Of a DNA stretch of 64,000 bases, positions 12,352 through 26,398 are shown piece by piece. A model generated the notes under the pieces. It did not search any database, had not been told where the DNA came from, and saw nothing but the letters and a program-made list of their open reading frames with translations. The translations under genes and the position numbers were made by a program. Source of the stretch: Octopus sinensis (Eukaryota); the NCBI RefSeq assembly GCF_006345805.1, contig NC_043006.1, forward strand, positions 59,706,001 through 59,770,000, given 5' to 3'. The stretch's first letter is position 1, and every line of letters begins with the position of its first letter.

Positions 12352-12861
12352 TCTATATATATAAAACTCTAGTTGTGTGAGTGTCTGTCCCCTTCGATTT
12401 AGATTCCTAACTCCTCCCACATTTTGCGGTGCAGTTTAACCAAATTCGGGTATCTTATAGTCGTGATTAATATCAAGCCCTTCTGGCTATTAGCGCGCGT
12501 CAACGATGAGTCTACGATTTTAAAAATAATTTAACATCATTTTTTAATCCATTTTAATGCATAATCTTTCGTGTGTCAATGGCGGCGGAGTTGGCATCCA
12601 CGCTCACAGCTGCACCTGTTTGCTTCTCCCCCTTCCCTCCCTCGTGAAGCTGTGGGGAAGGGAGTGTAAAGAAATCAACGTCGTAATGCGTTGTCAAGGA
12701 GACCAGCGTTCTTTTAGAACAACGACTTCATGGCTTGAAGACACCAAAACAGAAATGGCTAAGAAAGCCCGAATTGGCATCTATAAGGGAAGTAACTCTC
12801 TAAAAATGCTTATATAGTTATTTCCCTTACAAACCCGAGCAACGCCGGGCGATACTGCTAG
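12352..12861 (+). mobile_element. Non-autonomous Helitron-like element
   Basis: 5' TC, 3' hairpin cccgagcaacgccggg then CTAG, A|T insertion with no TSD; near-identical copy at 45075-45587. Confidence 0.85.
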
Positions 12862-15382
12862 TTCTAAATAAATTTTTTTAAATTATGTCATGCAATAATT
12901 AAATACCTTCTAACAACTTTTAATGTAAGGAAAATGGGCATTACGATAGATGCCAATATGTCTTAACACCGTACAAACCGGACCGATCTTTACATATTAT
13001 ATATATATATATACACGACGGGCTTCTTTCAGTTTCCGTCTACCAAATCCACTAACAAGGCTTTGGTCGGCCCGAGGCTATAATAGAAGACACTTGCCCA
13101 AGGTGCCACACAGTTGGACTGAACCCGGAATCATGTGGTTCGTAAACAAGCTTCTGTCCCTTAATTTCCATAATACTTCTTGTTCACATATTACATCAAA
13201 TGTTTTTAGCGGAGGATATGGAAACCATGCGTACAGGAGATACTGAAAAAAAATTGTAGAAGCAGAGAATATCAATTCAATTTTTGGAGGGATAATTAGC
13301 AGCATTACCAAAATATCCATGAAATTGAATTATTGATATGTACCGCATTCTGACGACGTAACATCGTCGTCTGCGTAACTGGCCCGAACAGCGTACCTCG
13401 CTGACTGTATTTCTTTATTTGGCACGCAGTCCATGACACAGAGGGGGACAACACAAGGACAGACAGAACACCACATTGGGGACAAAACACATAAAACGAA
13501 TGAATGGGAGATGGATAATAATAAATGAGGATGTAATGGCTGCTTGAACCCCACTCTCAAGCAGTACCATTTAACTGTTTTAATACAAAGTTTTTATTTC
13601 ATTTTTGCTCTTTTCTTTTCCTTTTAGTATCGTATGTGTAGTCTTTAAAAATCTTAAAAGCTTACTCACGCTTTACCATTTTATATATGGCAACAAGTTG
13701 TCGTAATCTATAACTGGCAGTAGGTCGTTAAACTCTACCCTCACTCTCATTGGGTCTATTTTGTTTCCAAACTATTTCTTCAATTTCTCATGTCTCTTTT
13801 TGTCTATTACCATGGCTTTTATACTTTCTGGGTAATGTTCCGTTGGTAATTTAACTCTTATCACCGATTTAAATTTGGTGATACTTCATTCTATATCTGT
13901 GTTTTTGGTTCACACTCCATTTTTTCCTTTTTTCAGTTACTTCGCTCCAAAATGGGGAAGAAAACAAACACAAAATTCGTCGCCTGCGTGACCCGAACAG
14001 CGTCTGTCCACTATTTATCAGTAGTGGAACAGCCCACGTCTCACTTGGGGGTGTCCGCCGCAGCAATTATGCAGTCAAAATGTTAAAAAAAAAAAAAAAC
14101 ATTAGATAATGTAGTCCTAGAAAAAAATACAATGGAATGATCACCGATGATACGTTTGCAGGATCAAGGCTGACTTGAGATAAACAACTCACATTATAGA
14201 TTCACTTCCACCACCAAATTCCTAGACTTTCTAAATTTGCAAAGTTCTGTCTACTTTTTAAACATTAGAACAACAGTTTATTAATTGATTTCAGGTTTTG
14301 GCTCAATGCAAGCAATTTCGAGGAAGGGGATAAGTTGATTACATCGACCTCAGTGTTGAGCTGGAACTTATTTTAGCGAGCTGACAGAATCGTTAGCACT
14401 CCGGGCGAAATGCGTAGCCGTATTTCGTCTGCCGTTACGTTCTGAGTTCAAATTCCACCGAGGTCGACTTTGCCTTTCATCCTTTCGGGGTCGATAAATT
14501 AAGTACCAGTTACGCACTGGAGTCGATGTAATCGACTTAATCCGTTTGTCTGTCCCCTTTGTGGGTTGTAAAGAAATAGGTACTTATTTTATCGACCGTG
14601 AAAGGATGAAAGGCAAAGCCAACATCGAACGAAATGCAGCTAAGCATTTTCACCAGCATATTAACTATTCTGTCAGCTCGCAGCCTTCACGACAATCTAT
14701 TAATTATTATCAGTAACATGCTAAGACCTGATCTATATCCGTTCTTATCAAATATTAGAGCAACATTGCATTAAATACTATGTAATATATTAAGACCTCT
14801 TGTATTGTTCCCAGACACCTGGCTACATTCATGTTTTATATTTTGCAAATAGCTTCATTGGTTCATCGTGCAGACAGTTCACAGCATTTAGATATAAATT
14901 TAACATGCTACAAAACTACTCTCAGTTTACTGATGTTAGCAATTTTACTGACATTATTTCAACACTTTTCAGGAACTGCATTGTTTTATTTTCCTTTCTG
15001 AAAGCGATAACAAAGAGCAAGGTGGGAGAGGAAGTTGTCTTTGTTTCGGGGACAGCTCTAATGTTTGCACAAGTGGGAATAGTGACTAAGACTCAGACGG
15101 TGGTTGTTGGACTGAGTGACAGATTAAGGAAATTATTATGTTTTGTTATAGAGAAGTCAGCTTGATTGTCATGTTCAAGTACAACAATGTTGACTGATTT
15201 AAAATGTTCACATCTTGCAATATCCATTCTATTGTCAAACTTTAAATAAAATACAAAACTCTCAAAACTCGTCTCTGGAGATCACTATTATATGAAGAAA
15301 AAAATGTCAATCAACAAAGCAATATTGACTTAGGTGGAGTGGATTTATCTCAAAACGAGGTCTGCAGGCTTGATTCTAAATT

Positions 15383-15596
15383 GGTTTCAAATTTTGGCAC
15401 AAGGCCAGCAATTTCAGGGTAGTGGGTAAATCAATTACATCGCCCCCACTACTTGATTGGTATTTATTTTATCGACCCCGAAAGGATGAAAGGCAAAGTG
15501 GACCTTGGTGGAATTTGAACTCAGAACGTAAAGACGGACGAAATGCCGCCAAGCATTTTGACCGACGTGCTAACGATTCTGCCAGCTCGTCACCTT
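15383..15596 (-). mobile_element. Nin/Deu-like SINE, alternative-tail subfamily
   Basis: 17-bp TSD AGGCTTGATTCTAAATT at 15366-15382 and 15597-15613. Confidence 0.88.
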
Positions 15597-16559
15597 AGGC
15601 TTGATTCTAAATTAAAACCAAAACTTAACTCTCAATAAGAAACACTCACATTTTTCATATATATAAAAAAAAAAACAGGAATACAAAACCCTTTTGGGAA
15701 CATTTTCTCGAAATGTGAGCCTGAAGATATTAAGTCTGTCACGTATGTCATAATGTCCCTGACATTACAAGAGATTTTTCAGGTATCTACAATTTCAAAA
15801 TTAATTATTCAGTTTCTATTTTGTGGTTGCTTATCTTCCTAATGTTCAATACAGACTGAATCATTATTTCTTAATGACAACTTCTTCCGCAACAACAAAG
15901 ACTACCCTTCCTTAAATAGACACACATACCATAGTCATGTGTAGTTAAGAAGTTCTAGGTTATGTCTTTCTTCAAGGTACTTTGGGCAACTGTTTCTATC
16001 CAGATACGATCCAGCAATGATGGTTTAAAGCCGGTTAAGTTTCACTCGCGTTGTTGTCATGACACTAAATACTTTCAGCTGTAAAGCACTCATAACACAC
16101 AGTCCGTCTGACTGTAAACTGCTGCCACAGACCAGTTGTTTAACACCTGGACAGTTCTGGTTAATCATATCCCTGACCAAAAGCATACCAGTCAGCTATC
16201 ATTTGGGGAATAAGTAAGAATACATTAGCTCGTGCCATTACCTTACGCCGGGGGAATGTGATTTGAAGGAAATTTGGCTGACCAAGCGACTGCATATAGA
16301 TTGCTTTGTTCAGCTAAAGTTCAATTCGTTTTAAATCCTTTTTACAAACAAGCATCAATAAAATCATGGATTTTATGACAAAACTATCATCAGCCCTTCC
16401 TGATGAGTGAAACAAGAAAAATGAAGTACATTTCTTAACTACAGCACCACATAAAGGTTTATATAATAGGATGATTGGACAAAACATATTCACATCAAAT
16501 CCAATTCATCTCTTAGCCAAATATCAAAATGTGTAAGTACCACAAAAATAAATTGTGTT

Positions 16560-17700
16560 AAGTTTTCGTGAGATGCTGTTCATAGGTTTCTTTGCTTACT
16601 GCATGTATTCCATACTTCGGCTCTTCATATAATTCCCTGCAAAAAATGGAAGGGATCTCTGAAGAAGCAGTTTTGAGTGTTCTTCCTCACTGATTCAGCT
16701 TTGCTGAAGGCACTGTCTTGCTTTCAGAGCTTTTGTAGCATTTGAATCTCAAATTCCGATGCAGCCTTCACCTGTTTCTTGGGATTTCTTTTCTTTCTCT
16801 GGATGTTATCTTACTTGTACTTGTGACGGCGTTCACCCAGGGCGGGTTGAGCCGGCTTCTTCTCTGGTCCTGACGGCATCACGAACCATGGCGGCCCACA
16901 CTCAACGGTCCTGTGCGAGGTCACTGGAGATAGCGAGCCATTCGCGGTTCCATAGGATTCATAGAAGTTTCGTGGGAATATTGAATTCACAAGCGGTCCC
17001 CGACATCCCGCATGCATATCCCGAAGACACAGGTTCAGAACGACCTCGAGCCGCCGGTTGCCGATCAGACACCTCTTGGAATTTTCACCAGAGCCTCGTT
17101 GGCCAGGCTGCGGACCTAATACCGCTCGATGCCAGACCAATCCGCCTTGGGTGGCCCTACCAGGAACCGAAGTTCCCGACGGCATAGCTCTAATACTGCC
17201 CGTTTACACCATCCTACCGCTTTGAGGAGGGGTTGGACTTTAGGGTAGGGATGTTATCCACCTCTCGTTGGTGCTTGGATTTTTGAGATAGTTTTATCGT
17301 TGTCCGTTTTACACTATAGATGTCTCTAATGTGTAAACAATAATTTAATCATCTTTCCCACTGGTTTTCAGTTGCAGGCAGCAGAGTTTCTGACGCATGA
17401 CATCAAATCTACACAAACTGCTCATCTGAATGAACAGACTGGATGTTCTTGACCCACTGGTGTGACTCCTGGCCTTGGTTTTCCAATGCCTCATCAATTA
17501 GTACAGTGCTTTGCTACTCATACATTAGTCTTCATACAGCCTTTTTTCATCCTGTGGATCTTATGTCATGCTCAGTTGAGAATTTCATTCGGGAGGCGTA
17601 AAAATTCCCTTTACTCATAATTTAGTATGTACATCCAGTCGTAATTGAGTTGGCACCATTAGACTCATCATTCTCTTAGTCTTTTAGTGAATCCTGAGAG
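16560..17700 (-). mobile_element. Old non-LTR retrotransposon remnant, possibly HERO/NeSL-like (host of the RTE insert)
   Basis: Degenerate peptides ENQGQESH and CFFRDPFHF/RELYEEPKYG resemble pre-RT motifs of RLE-type elements as I recall them; many stops. Confidence 0.35.
16811..17248 (-). mobile_element. Internally deleted RTE-clade non-LTR element
   Basis: TSD GGATGTTATC (16801-16810, 17249-17258); RTE-type 5' UTR motif GAGCTATGCCG...CCTGGTAGGGCCACCCA; C-terminal remnant DLAQDR*VWAAMV; CAAGTA-repeat tail. Confidence 0.75.
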
Positions 17701-20083
17701 CACGTTTCATATTCAAAACTTGTAGAAATTTTTAAAAAGGCAAAGTGAAGAATTAGCCCACGGAACCTGTTGGTCTAGCCTTTCCCTGTGTATTAGAGAA
17801 TGAAGTTAATCCTAGGGGAAGCCGTATGCCATATACCTATTTCTTTATTACCCACAAGGGGCTAAACACAGAGGGGACAAACAAGGACAGACATAGATAT
17901 TAAGTCGATTACATCGACCCCAGTGCGTAACTGGTACTTAATTTATCGACCCCGAAAGGATGAAAGGCAAAGTCGACCTTATACCATATACCATTCGAAA
18001 ATTCTTTGGGATGGACTCTACCATGTCCTCATTTGTCCCTGCAGGACTGGCTGGACTGTCTTCTAGATTATTCCTGGTATCTTCTCCCTTCATTTTCTGT
18101 ATTACCATGTCACTCTCTTTTCCTTTTTGCCTTTCACCACTGCTCTGTTAAGCCTACAATATGTATTTTGTTATTTCTCTAATCTTAGAATCAATAAACT
18201 GTATTTTTATGCAGAAGGCTGCAGGTTTCCCACGACCTGTGTTAACATCATAAAGAAATCTAACAAACACAAAGGTCAGATAAGAAAAATGGAGATGGGA
18301 GGTATTACCTGATCGTTATGACCTCAAATATGTCCTAAGAGGGAACCCCCACTTACTAGAGATAGCAATCAAATTTACCTCAAAGCACACTTAAAAGAAA
18401 GAAGGGCACTTTGGATAATGAAGTTTGAAATATCTAAACCAAAAGACTTGTCACCACTGTTCCCTTTAAGCTGTGCAGTTGGAAATGAAATAAAACATGT
18501 TCAGACAGGGTCACCAAGATAAAATCAGATTGTTTTAATTGGAAAACTTTGAATAGTAGTTCTCACCTGGATGTATACATACTTTACAAAGACAAAATTT
18601 GCACACAATGCAAATTTCTATGCACACAATGCAAATTTCTATGCACACCCACATTAAAAACACAGAGGGAACAGTGTTTGTCATAGCTGAAACTCTTTGA
18701 TTATATGACATCTCAGTCAGAGCTGACATGGATCTAAAAACACCATCACTAAACTATCAAAACAGTAAGGAAGCCACTGGTCATTTAACCTATTAAAAAT
18801 AGCAGCCAAATCTATCCACACCAAATCACATCTTGTCTTAAAACAACTTTGAAAATAAACAAACAGGATAAGATTATATTAGATCAGTGGTTCTTAACCA
18901 GGGTCCCTATAAGATTTTGCTGTTATAATACTACAGTACTCAAAATAGTTTAGATTTTTTTAAATATAATTCCTAATAATAATCATCATCATCATCGTTT
19001 AACGTCCGCTTTCCATGCTAGCATGGGTTGGACGTATGACTGAGGGCTGGCAAACCAGATGGCTGCACCAGGCTACAATCTTGATCTGGCAGAGTTTCTA
19101 CAGCTGGATGCCCTTCCTAACGCCAACCACTCCGAGTGTAGTGGGTGCTTTTATGTGCCAGTCAGGCGGCACTGGCAACGACCTCGCTCGAATGGTGCTC
19201 TTAATACCCTACTAGCACGGGGATCAAGTGCCAATAGTGTGACACTGGTAATGATCACGCTTGAATGGTGCCTTTTAAGTGCCACTGGCACGGAAGCCAG
19301 TTAGCTGCTCTGTCAATGATCACACTTGTATGGTGCTCTTTGCACCCCACTAGCACAGACGCCAGTCATTGAATTTGTCCAAATAATATTTAATTATAAA
19401 AATATAATATGTTTTTTTTTAAAACATCAAATGGCAAGACGGGTTTATCGAAGTAAAATAAGAATCAAGGGCTCCTAAGTCCTGAAAGCAGGATCAGACA
19501 ATATGAGCAACAGAAAGAGTTAGAAAATTCCATAGGTGCAGGAGTGGCTGTGTGGTAAGTAGCTTGCTTACCAATCACATGGTTCCAGGTTCAGTCCCAC
19601 TGCGTGGCACCTTGGGCAAGTGTCTTCTACTATAGCCTTGACAATCGATGCTGGTGTGTTTACATCCCCGTAACTTAGCGGTTCAGCAAAAAGAGATGGA
19701 TAGAATAAATACTAGGCTTACAAACAATAAGTCCTGGGGTCTATTTGCTTGACTAAAGGCGGTGCTCCAGCATGGCCGCAGTCAAATGACTGAAACAAGT
19801 AAAAGAGAGAGTAAAGAGAATCACATAGCCTTAGCAGGGAGTTCCATCCAGACCTACCCTACAAGCAAAAGATTGCTCTTTGCCTGTGTTGGTCTTCTCA
19901 ATCATTGCCAGACACACTGAGTCTCTGAACCTATGATTGGTTTCATGACATCATTCATATGGCTCAACTAACATGATGTCTGGCTAGAAGACTAATGGTT
20001 TTGACTGGAAATGCCTTTAATCTAGAGTAAAACAGAAACAACATTTGTATGACATCAAGTGTAGAAAGAAGAAAAAACTGTAC

Positions 20084-20116
<33 letters not shown>

Positions 20117-20147
20117 AAAAAGAACATTAGAGAAAGACAAATAGAAT

Positions 20148-20153
20148 TTTATT
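20148..20153 (-). terminator. Candidate polyadenylation signal of PCCA
   Basis: AATAAA about 145 nt after the stop, followed on the minus strand by a U/GU-rich tract. Confidence 0.55.
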
Positions 20154-20298
20154 AAACAGTAAAGTTGATGGATCAATGTGATTAGAGGGTTAGGGATCAC
20201 CCAGTGCAGCAGATATCAATTTGCTACAAGTGCCTAAGAAGAAACAGGCGTGAATGTGGGAATTGAGGGTGAGGGTAAGAACAGCACAAAGGCAAGCT

Positions 20299-20367
20299 TT
20301 ACTCGAGTTCCACAAGAATGTCACCCTCATTAACTGTGTCACCAGCTTTGAAATCAACTTTCTTCAC
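20299..20367 (-). CDS. PCCA: PCCA terminal coding exon [22 protein letters not shown]
   Basis: Acceptor ttacag|GTG; TAA stop at 20301-20299; preceded by an 11.1-kb intron. Confidence 0.95.
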   Translation of the reverse strand: MKKVDFKAGDTVNEGDILVELE

Positions 20368-23300
20368 CTGTAAAGATAAAGGGTAAAACACGAACACATT
20401 TAGTAAGTTTCATTATTCATCAATACAAAGAAGCACACACACACGCACACATGTATGTATATGAGGATTTTTTTTGCGTAATAAGATAAAAAAACCAAGG
20501 CTGTGTAGATATTAGAAATATCTACATACTCTTGGTTTTTTATCTTATTACGCAAAAAAAATCCTTATATACACATGCTGACATAGAACCAATGTTGAAC
20601 CCTTTATTCACAATATTACCAAATCTGGAACTTATCTATGGTCTGTTTATAGCATTTATTCAGCATTACCTGACACCTTTGGGTCTCAATGACACCATTA
20701 ACTCTTATAACCTCAACTTCTCTCTCTCTATATATATATATAATATATATTTACATAGTATATATTAAATTTTTAATTAAAAACAGTTCACTAATGTAAA
20801 CATTATTGGTCGACCATACATAGTGTAGGTATTTTGTTTAACCCTTTCGTTACCAAACCGCCCGAAAAAAATTTTGGTTAATGTCACCAAACCACCCAAA
20901 GCCGCCTGAATTTACCTATTCATATTTAAATGAGAATATCAGAGCAAATCTCTTTAGTACATTCGTGAAAACACGTATTATACTTCGTAAACAGTTCAAC
21001 TACAGTTTTGTACAATAATAGAAGTGTAATTTTAATTCCGTGAATTTTGAGAGATTTTTTCCGAAATTTGTTCCTATTGTGTTTTCAAAATTTGTAATTC
21101 TGACAAAAAATGGATACGAATTTCATTATATCAAGCAGCAAGTCAGAATTCGAAGGATTTTCTACTGAAGACCTTCATAAATCTAACTCTATGACTGAAA
21201 AAAAAAAAGCACATGGTATTTGATAATGAATCTGATGTTTCATTTTCCGAAAGTGAAAACAGTGAATTCGAGAGCTCCGACAGCAATAAAGAAAACGAAT
21301 TGGCACCTGAATGGAGTGAAAATTTAAAAACTGTTTCTTTCGGTGATTTTTCTGAAGAAACTGGACCAAGCCACAGACTTTCCCAGAAGAGTAAAGCCTT
21401 AAACTATTTCTATTTACTTTCTCGAATGAGTCCATTTGAAATCATTATGGCGAAAACGAACCGTTACGCTAAACGTAAACAAAGCGAAAGAAACGATAGT
21501 TTGTGGTTTCCCATAACCTTAAATGAAATTAAGACTATTTTGCCATAAATATTTTTATGGGTATCAGAAAGTTACCCAGAATAACAAATTCTATCGTGAA
21601 ATTTTGTTGTATACCCAATTGAATATTAGCTAATAACCCATTTTCTATAGCGATGTTTGAACAAAATTTTAATTTAATATTTTGTTGAATTTACCTGTAT
21701 CTACCTGCAATTAGAGTCACTTTGTGACAAAAATGATAGTATAGAATTGGTTGAGAATATTTCATTAAATTATCTTCCAAAAATCAGATTAATATATTGA
21801 TAAATAAAAAAATATAGTTGTTTAATGAAACCAGACTAAATTTATGATTACGTTAGAAATTAATTGAAACACATAAGGGGTGTATTTTGGTCAGAAATAT
21901 AGTAACAAAAGGGTTAAATGCCCATTGTGCTGCTGAACAACACCTGATGAAAGCCCCCTACATCATGTCAGGTGTTAAAGAACACTGAGTGTCCCAGACC
22001 GAACGAGACAACTCATTTTACCATCCACTTTTCCATGCTTGCACAGGTTGGTCAGTATTTGTTGAGGCAGGCTTTCAACAGCTGGATGCCTTTTCTGTCA
22101 CCAGCCCTTATCTGTTTCCAGGCAAGGTAATTTCTCCCCCATGGCCAGATATTTTTTCATGGAAGACTGGAATAGGATGACACCACTTGTAGGTCAGTGA
22201 AATTCATATACAACCATCATGGGGTATCAAGACAAGGGGATATATACACACACAACATGCATGTATGAGTGTGCATGTGTGTGGGGTTGAGTCTCCTTGT
22301 CTTAACATCACAGGATAATTATGAGCGTCACTATCATACAAACACAATCTCTTGTTTATTGTCTTTCATGGTAACATGTCTAGCCATGAGAAAATATTAC
22401 CTTTCTTGGAAACAGGTGAGAGTTGGCAAGAGGAAGGGCATCCAACCATAGAAAATCTGCCTCAATGAAAACTGTCTGGCTTTTACAAGCATGGAAAAGT
22501 GAATGTTAAAACATGATAAACACACCTTATGTGATCTCACACAGGTTTTACACATCTTTAAAGCTGAAGTTGTCTGTGTATGGCAGGTTTGGTAGCTTTC
22601 AACTAACACTATCTCCTCCGAGACCCTGCGGCGCAAGTTGACCAAAATTGAGAGTATGATAGAAGAAAGCTTGCTCTTCCTTCCGTAGAAGAAAAAATTC
22701 ATATCGGACTATGTTAATACCAAAATTTATTTACATCAAAAAGGTGCTTTTTTTCCAATGAAAATCCCTATTTTTTACTATTTTTTGACTGCTGTGTGGC
22801 ACATTTTTTGGTGTATTTCAACCAGAAAAATGTTCACTTAAAGAGAATAACAAGCTACATAATGCAAAATTTTTACTTTTCAAAAATTCCAATTCTAAAG
22901 GGTCAAAAAGAAAACAAATCCAAGCAACGCTAGGCGATACTGCTAGTACACATATATATGTGTGTGTGTACAATTAGATGTAGGGCTACTATTGTATGAC
23001 ATAGAGCTTTAAGTACATTATCATCATCCAGTCAGCTTCCAGTAAAGTGGTTAGTTGACCATTGTACTTAGCAGTGTTACTAGTTATGATATACAGAGCA
23101 TATGTAACAGAAAATTAATATAAACACTAGTGTAAATGCTTAGTTTCTACATACGTTTCAGTATTGCAGTTATTTCGAATTCAGCATTGAATGTTCTGAG
23201 TGCATTTGAATGCTTAACTGCAATGAATCATCAGGAAAACACTTTATTGCCTTCTGCTACAGATATCATATATATATGTGATAAAGTGTTCTGATGGTCC

Positions 23301-23376
23301 ATTGCGATTAGACATTGAAATTGACTTTGAAAATCCAATGCTGAGTTCCAAATAGTGTTTATCTTAACTTTGCATT

Positions 23377-23414
<38 letters not shown>

Positions 23415-26168
23415 GTACAAACATACACACATACATACATACATACGTACACACACACATACATACGTACATACACACGTATATACATACACACATACAT
23501 ACATACATGCATACATACATACATACACACATACATACATACACACATACATATATAAACACATACAAACACCTGTACATACATACACACATACGTACAC
23601 ATGTACATACATACATACCTACATACATACATACGTATATACATACACACATACGTACATACATACACACATACATACATACACACACACATACACACAT
23701 GCGTACACACACACATACACACATGCGTACACACACACATACACACATGCGTACACACACACATGCGTACACACACACATACACACATGCGTACATACAC
23801 ATACACACATGCGTACATACACAACGCGTACATACACACATACACACATGCGTACATACACACATGCGTACATACACACATGCGTACATACACACATGCA
23901 TACATACATACACACAAACATACATAAATATATACAGTACATACTTACATACACACATATATACATACATACATACACACATAAATATGTACACACATAC
24001 ATACACACATACATACACACATACGCACATACATACGTACATACACACATACATAAACTCTCCCTCTCTCTCTCTGTCATCACTGAATGCTTTCATGGTA
24101 TGTAATAGGCCTTCAAGCTCATTCTTGTCTTTGCCTAAGAGTTTTAAGTCATCCATACACAATAGATGGCTTATTTTCTCATTGTCCATTTTATACCCGT
24201 ACCCAGAACTTCATTTCTTTATTGTTTTTAAAACTGGTAGATATTCTATCGGTTTCTATGAGGGGAACAGCTATGTTATGACGATGTAAACACAGCAACA
24301 CTGGTGGTCAAGTGGGGTGGATGGACAAACACAGACACAAAGACACACACACACACACAAATATATATATATAATAATGGATTTGTTTTATTATATAGGC
24401 AGTGCTGTGACAACCTGAGACGCTGGGTATATATTATACTTTTGGAATTTCTCTCTGCTTAATTGACATTTTCATAATGTCTTTGTTATTTTTATGATCC
24501 ACATTTCATGGTGTAATGATGAATATCTTGGAATCTCGTTCAGCTTATTTCTCCAGTTTTAGAATTTAATGACAAAGTCCCCATGAAAAATTCCTTTCGT
24601 CTATCTCTCGTTATGAATATGGTAAGAATAAATCTCTTTAACATGTAAAGGGAAGAATTTTATAAAATTGTTCTATAAAATTGTCTCTGAAATTCATTTT
24701 CAGCAATGGTAGTCATAGCAACGTGTTTAAGAATCTAGCTTCGCAACTCTGTGGTCTTGTTCAGTCCCACTGCATGGCACCTTGGGCAAATGTCTTCTGA
24801 TATAGCCTTGGGCTGAGCAAAATCTTGTGAGTGGAAGAGAGTCAGCCTTGATGAGATGCAGTTTGGTTTTGTGCCGGGGGAGAAACACTCGTGAAGCTAT
24901 TTACCTGTTCAGGCCACGATTTCGTGGATGGAAGCAACATTTATTTGTGTGTCTGTGTTTGTCCCCCAAACCGTTTGACAGCCTGTTTTGGTGTATTTAT
25001 GTACCTGTGACTGAGAGGTTCAGCGAAATAGATGGACAGAATAAGTCCCAGGATGAACAAGAAATATGAATTATCAATGGTGTCAATTCTATCGACGAAA
25101 GTTCTTCAAGGCGCTGCCCCAGCATGGCCGCAGCGAAATGACAGAGTCAAGAAAAAGATTTTTAAAAATGTGTGAGTGCGTGTGTATGTGTATGTGTGAG
25201 CATGCGTGTGTTTGTATGTGTTTGGAAGATGTCCATGTTTATACTGTGTAACTTCAAACACGCCTCTACAACCCACAACAGTTCAAAAAAGAGAGACAGA
25301 GTCGCAGAGAAAAGGGGAAAGTGTTCTTTGCATTTGAAAACTCTGGAAATATTTCTTTAAAAACCATTTCAGACGGATAGGTACATAGGTTACAAGAACA
25401 GACACATATGGAGACACGGATCCACACATATAAAGATGCACATCCATACATACAAACATGGTACATAGTTACATAACACACACACACACAGATATGCACA
25501 CACAAGGAGAATCTGGCCATTCTGCTGGTTTGCTGTCTATTTGGTGTCAAATTTCTTTTCATCAGTGAACCCCAGTTAGGGCAGCGTGCTTTCAACAATC
25601 TCACGCACGATAAGACGATTCCTCTCCACTCTCGTGGCTTTGTAAACTTGTGTGAGCTCATGACAATGGATCATCTTTTAGCGTTGGGTCCTGAGACCCT
25701 CCTTCAGTACTGGGATACATTGATGTTCAGCTCATTTTTCTGAGGGAATGATGAGGATTTCACCATATCTTCTCTCTGGTACTTATGATAAGCTGAGCGG
25801 TCTGCACATTTCTTTTTTGGCGACATCCAGGGTGATCAGCCATGGAACGAGTCTCTTGAAATTTCTTCACACTTTTCTTGACTGTTGTTCGATTACTTTT
25901 AAGCATTTTTTTGCTATAGTTGTATTACTTTCGCCTCCATGGAGAGTATTATGATTGAATTTCGGTCTGTAGCCATTATCTAATCCATAAATATGAACTT
26001 ATTTAGTCTGAAGTAAACACAAGACACACTAAGCTTTTACAATGATGTATAATTTTCATATCCTATCGCATCTATTGATTGTTATTAAAGTCCAAAATTG
26101 GGGGCCTTAATTTCGGAACACCCTGTACACACACACATACACATTATCATTATCTCCTCTCTCTCTCC

Positions 26169-26207
<39 letters not shown>

Positions 26208-26266
26208 AGATATATATACATATATTACTATTATATACAAATATATACATATATATATATATACAA

Positions 26267-26297
<31 letters not shown>

Positions 26298-26331
26298 CAA
26301 AATATACATATATATATATATATATATACAA

Positions 26332-26365
<34 letters not shown>

Positions 26366-26367
26366 AA

Positions 26368-26398
<31 letters not shown>

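Noticed and set aside
12557-12817. 86-aa ORF repeated at 45280-45543
   Set aside because: Conserved only because both lie in young Helitron-like copies; no Rep/helicase or host-protein motif recognised.
14800-15165. 121-aa ORF in TE-free sequence
   Set aside because: TTG start, no recognisable motif, no convincing splice sites.
16400-16415. CTGATGAGTGAAAC hammerhead-like core
   Set aside because: Only 2 nt between core halves, with no stem II, stem III or cleavage triplet.
21939-21976. CTGATGA in a small hairpin
   Set aside because: No GAAA or stem III in the right place; at best a deleted remnant.
23355-24289. Long overlapping ORFs up to 276 aa
   Set aside because: Translations of (CATA)n/(CA)n microsatellite; only the short RT fragment at 24075-24200 is meaningful.
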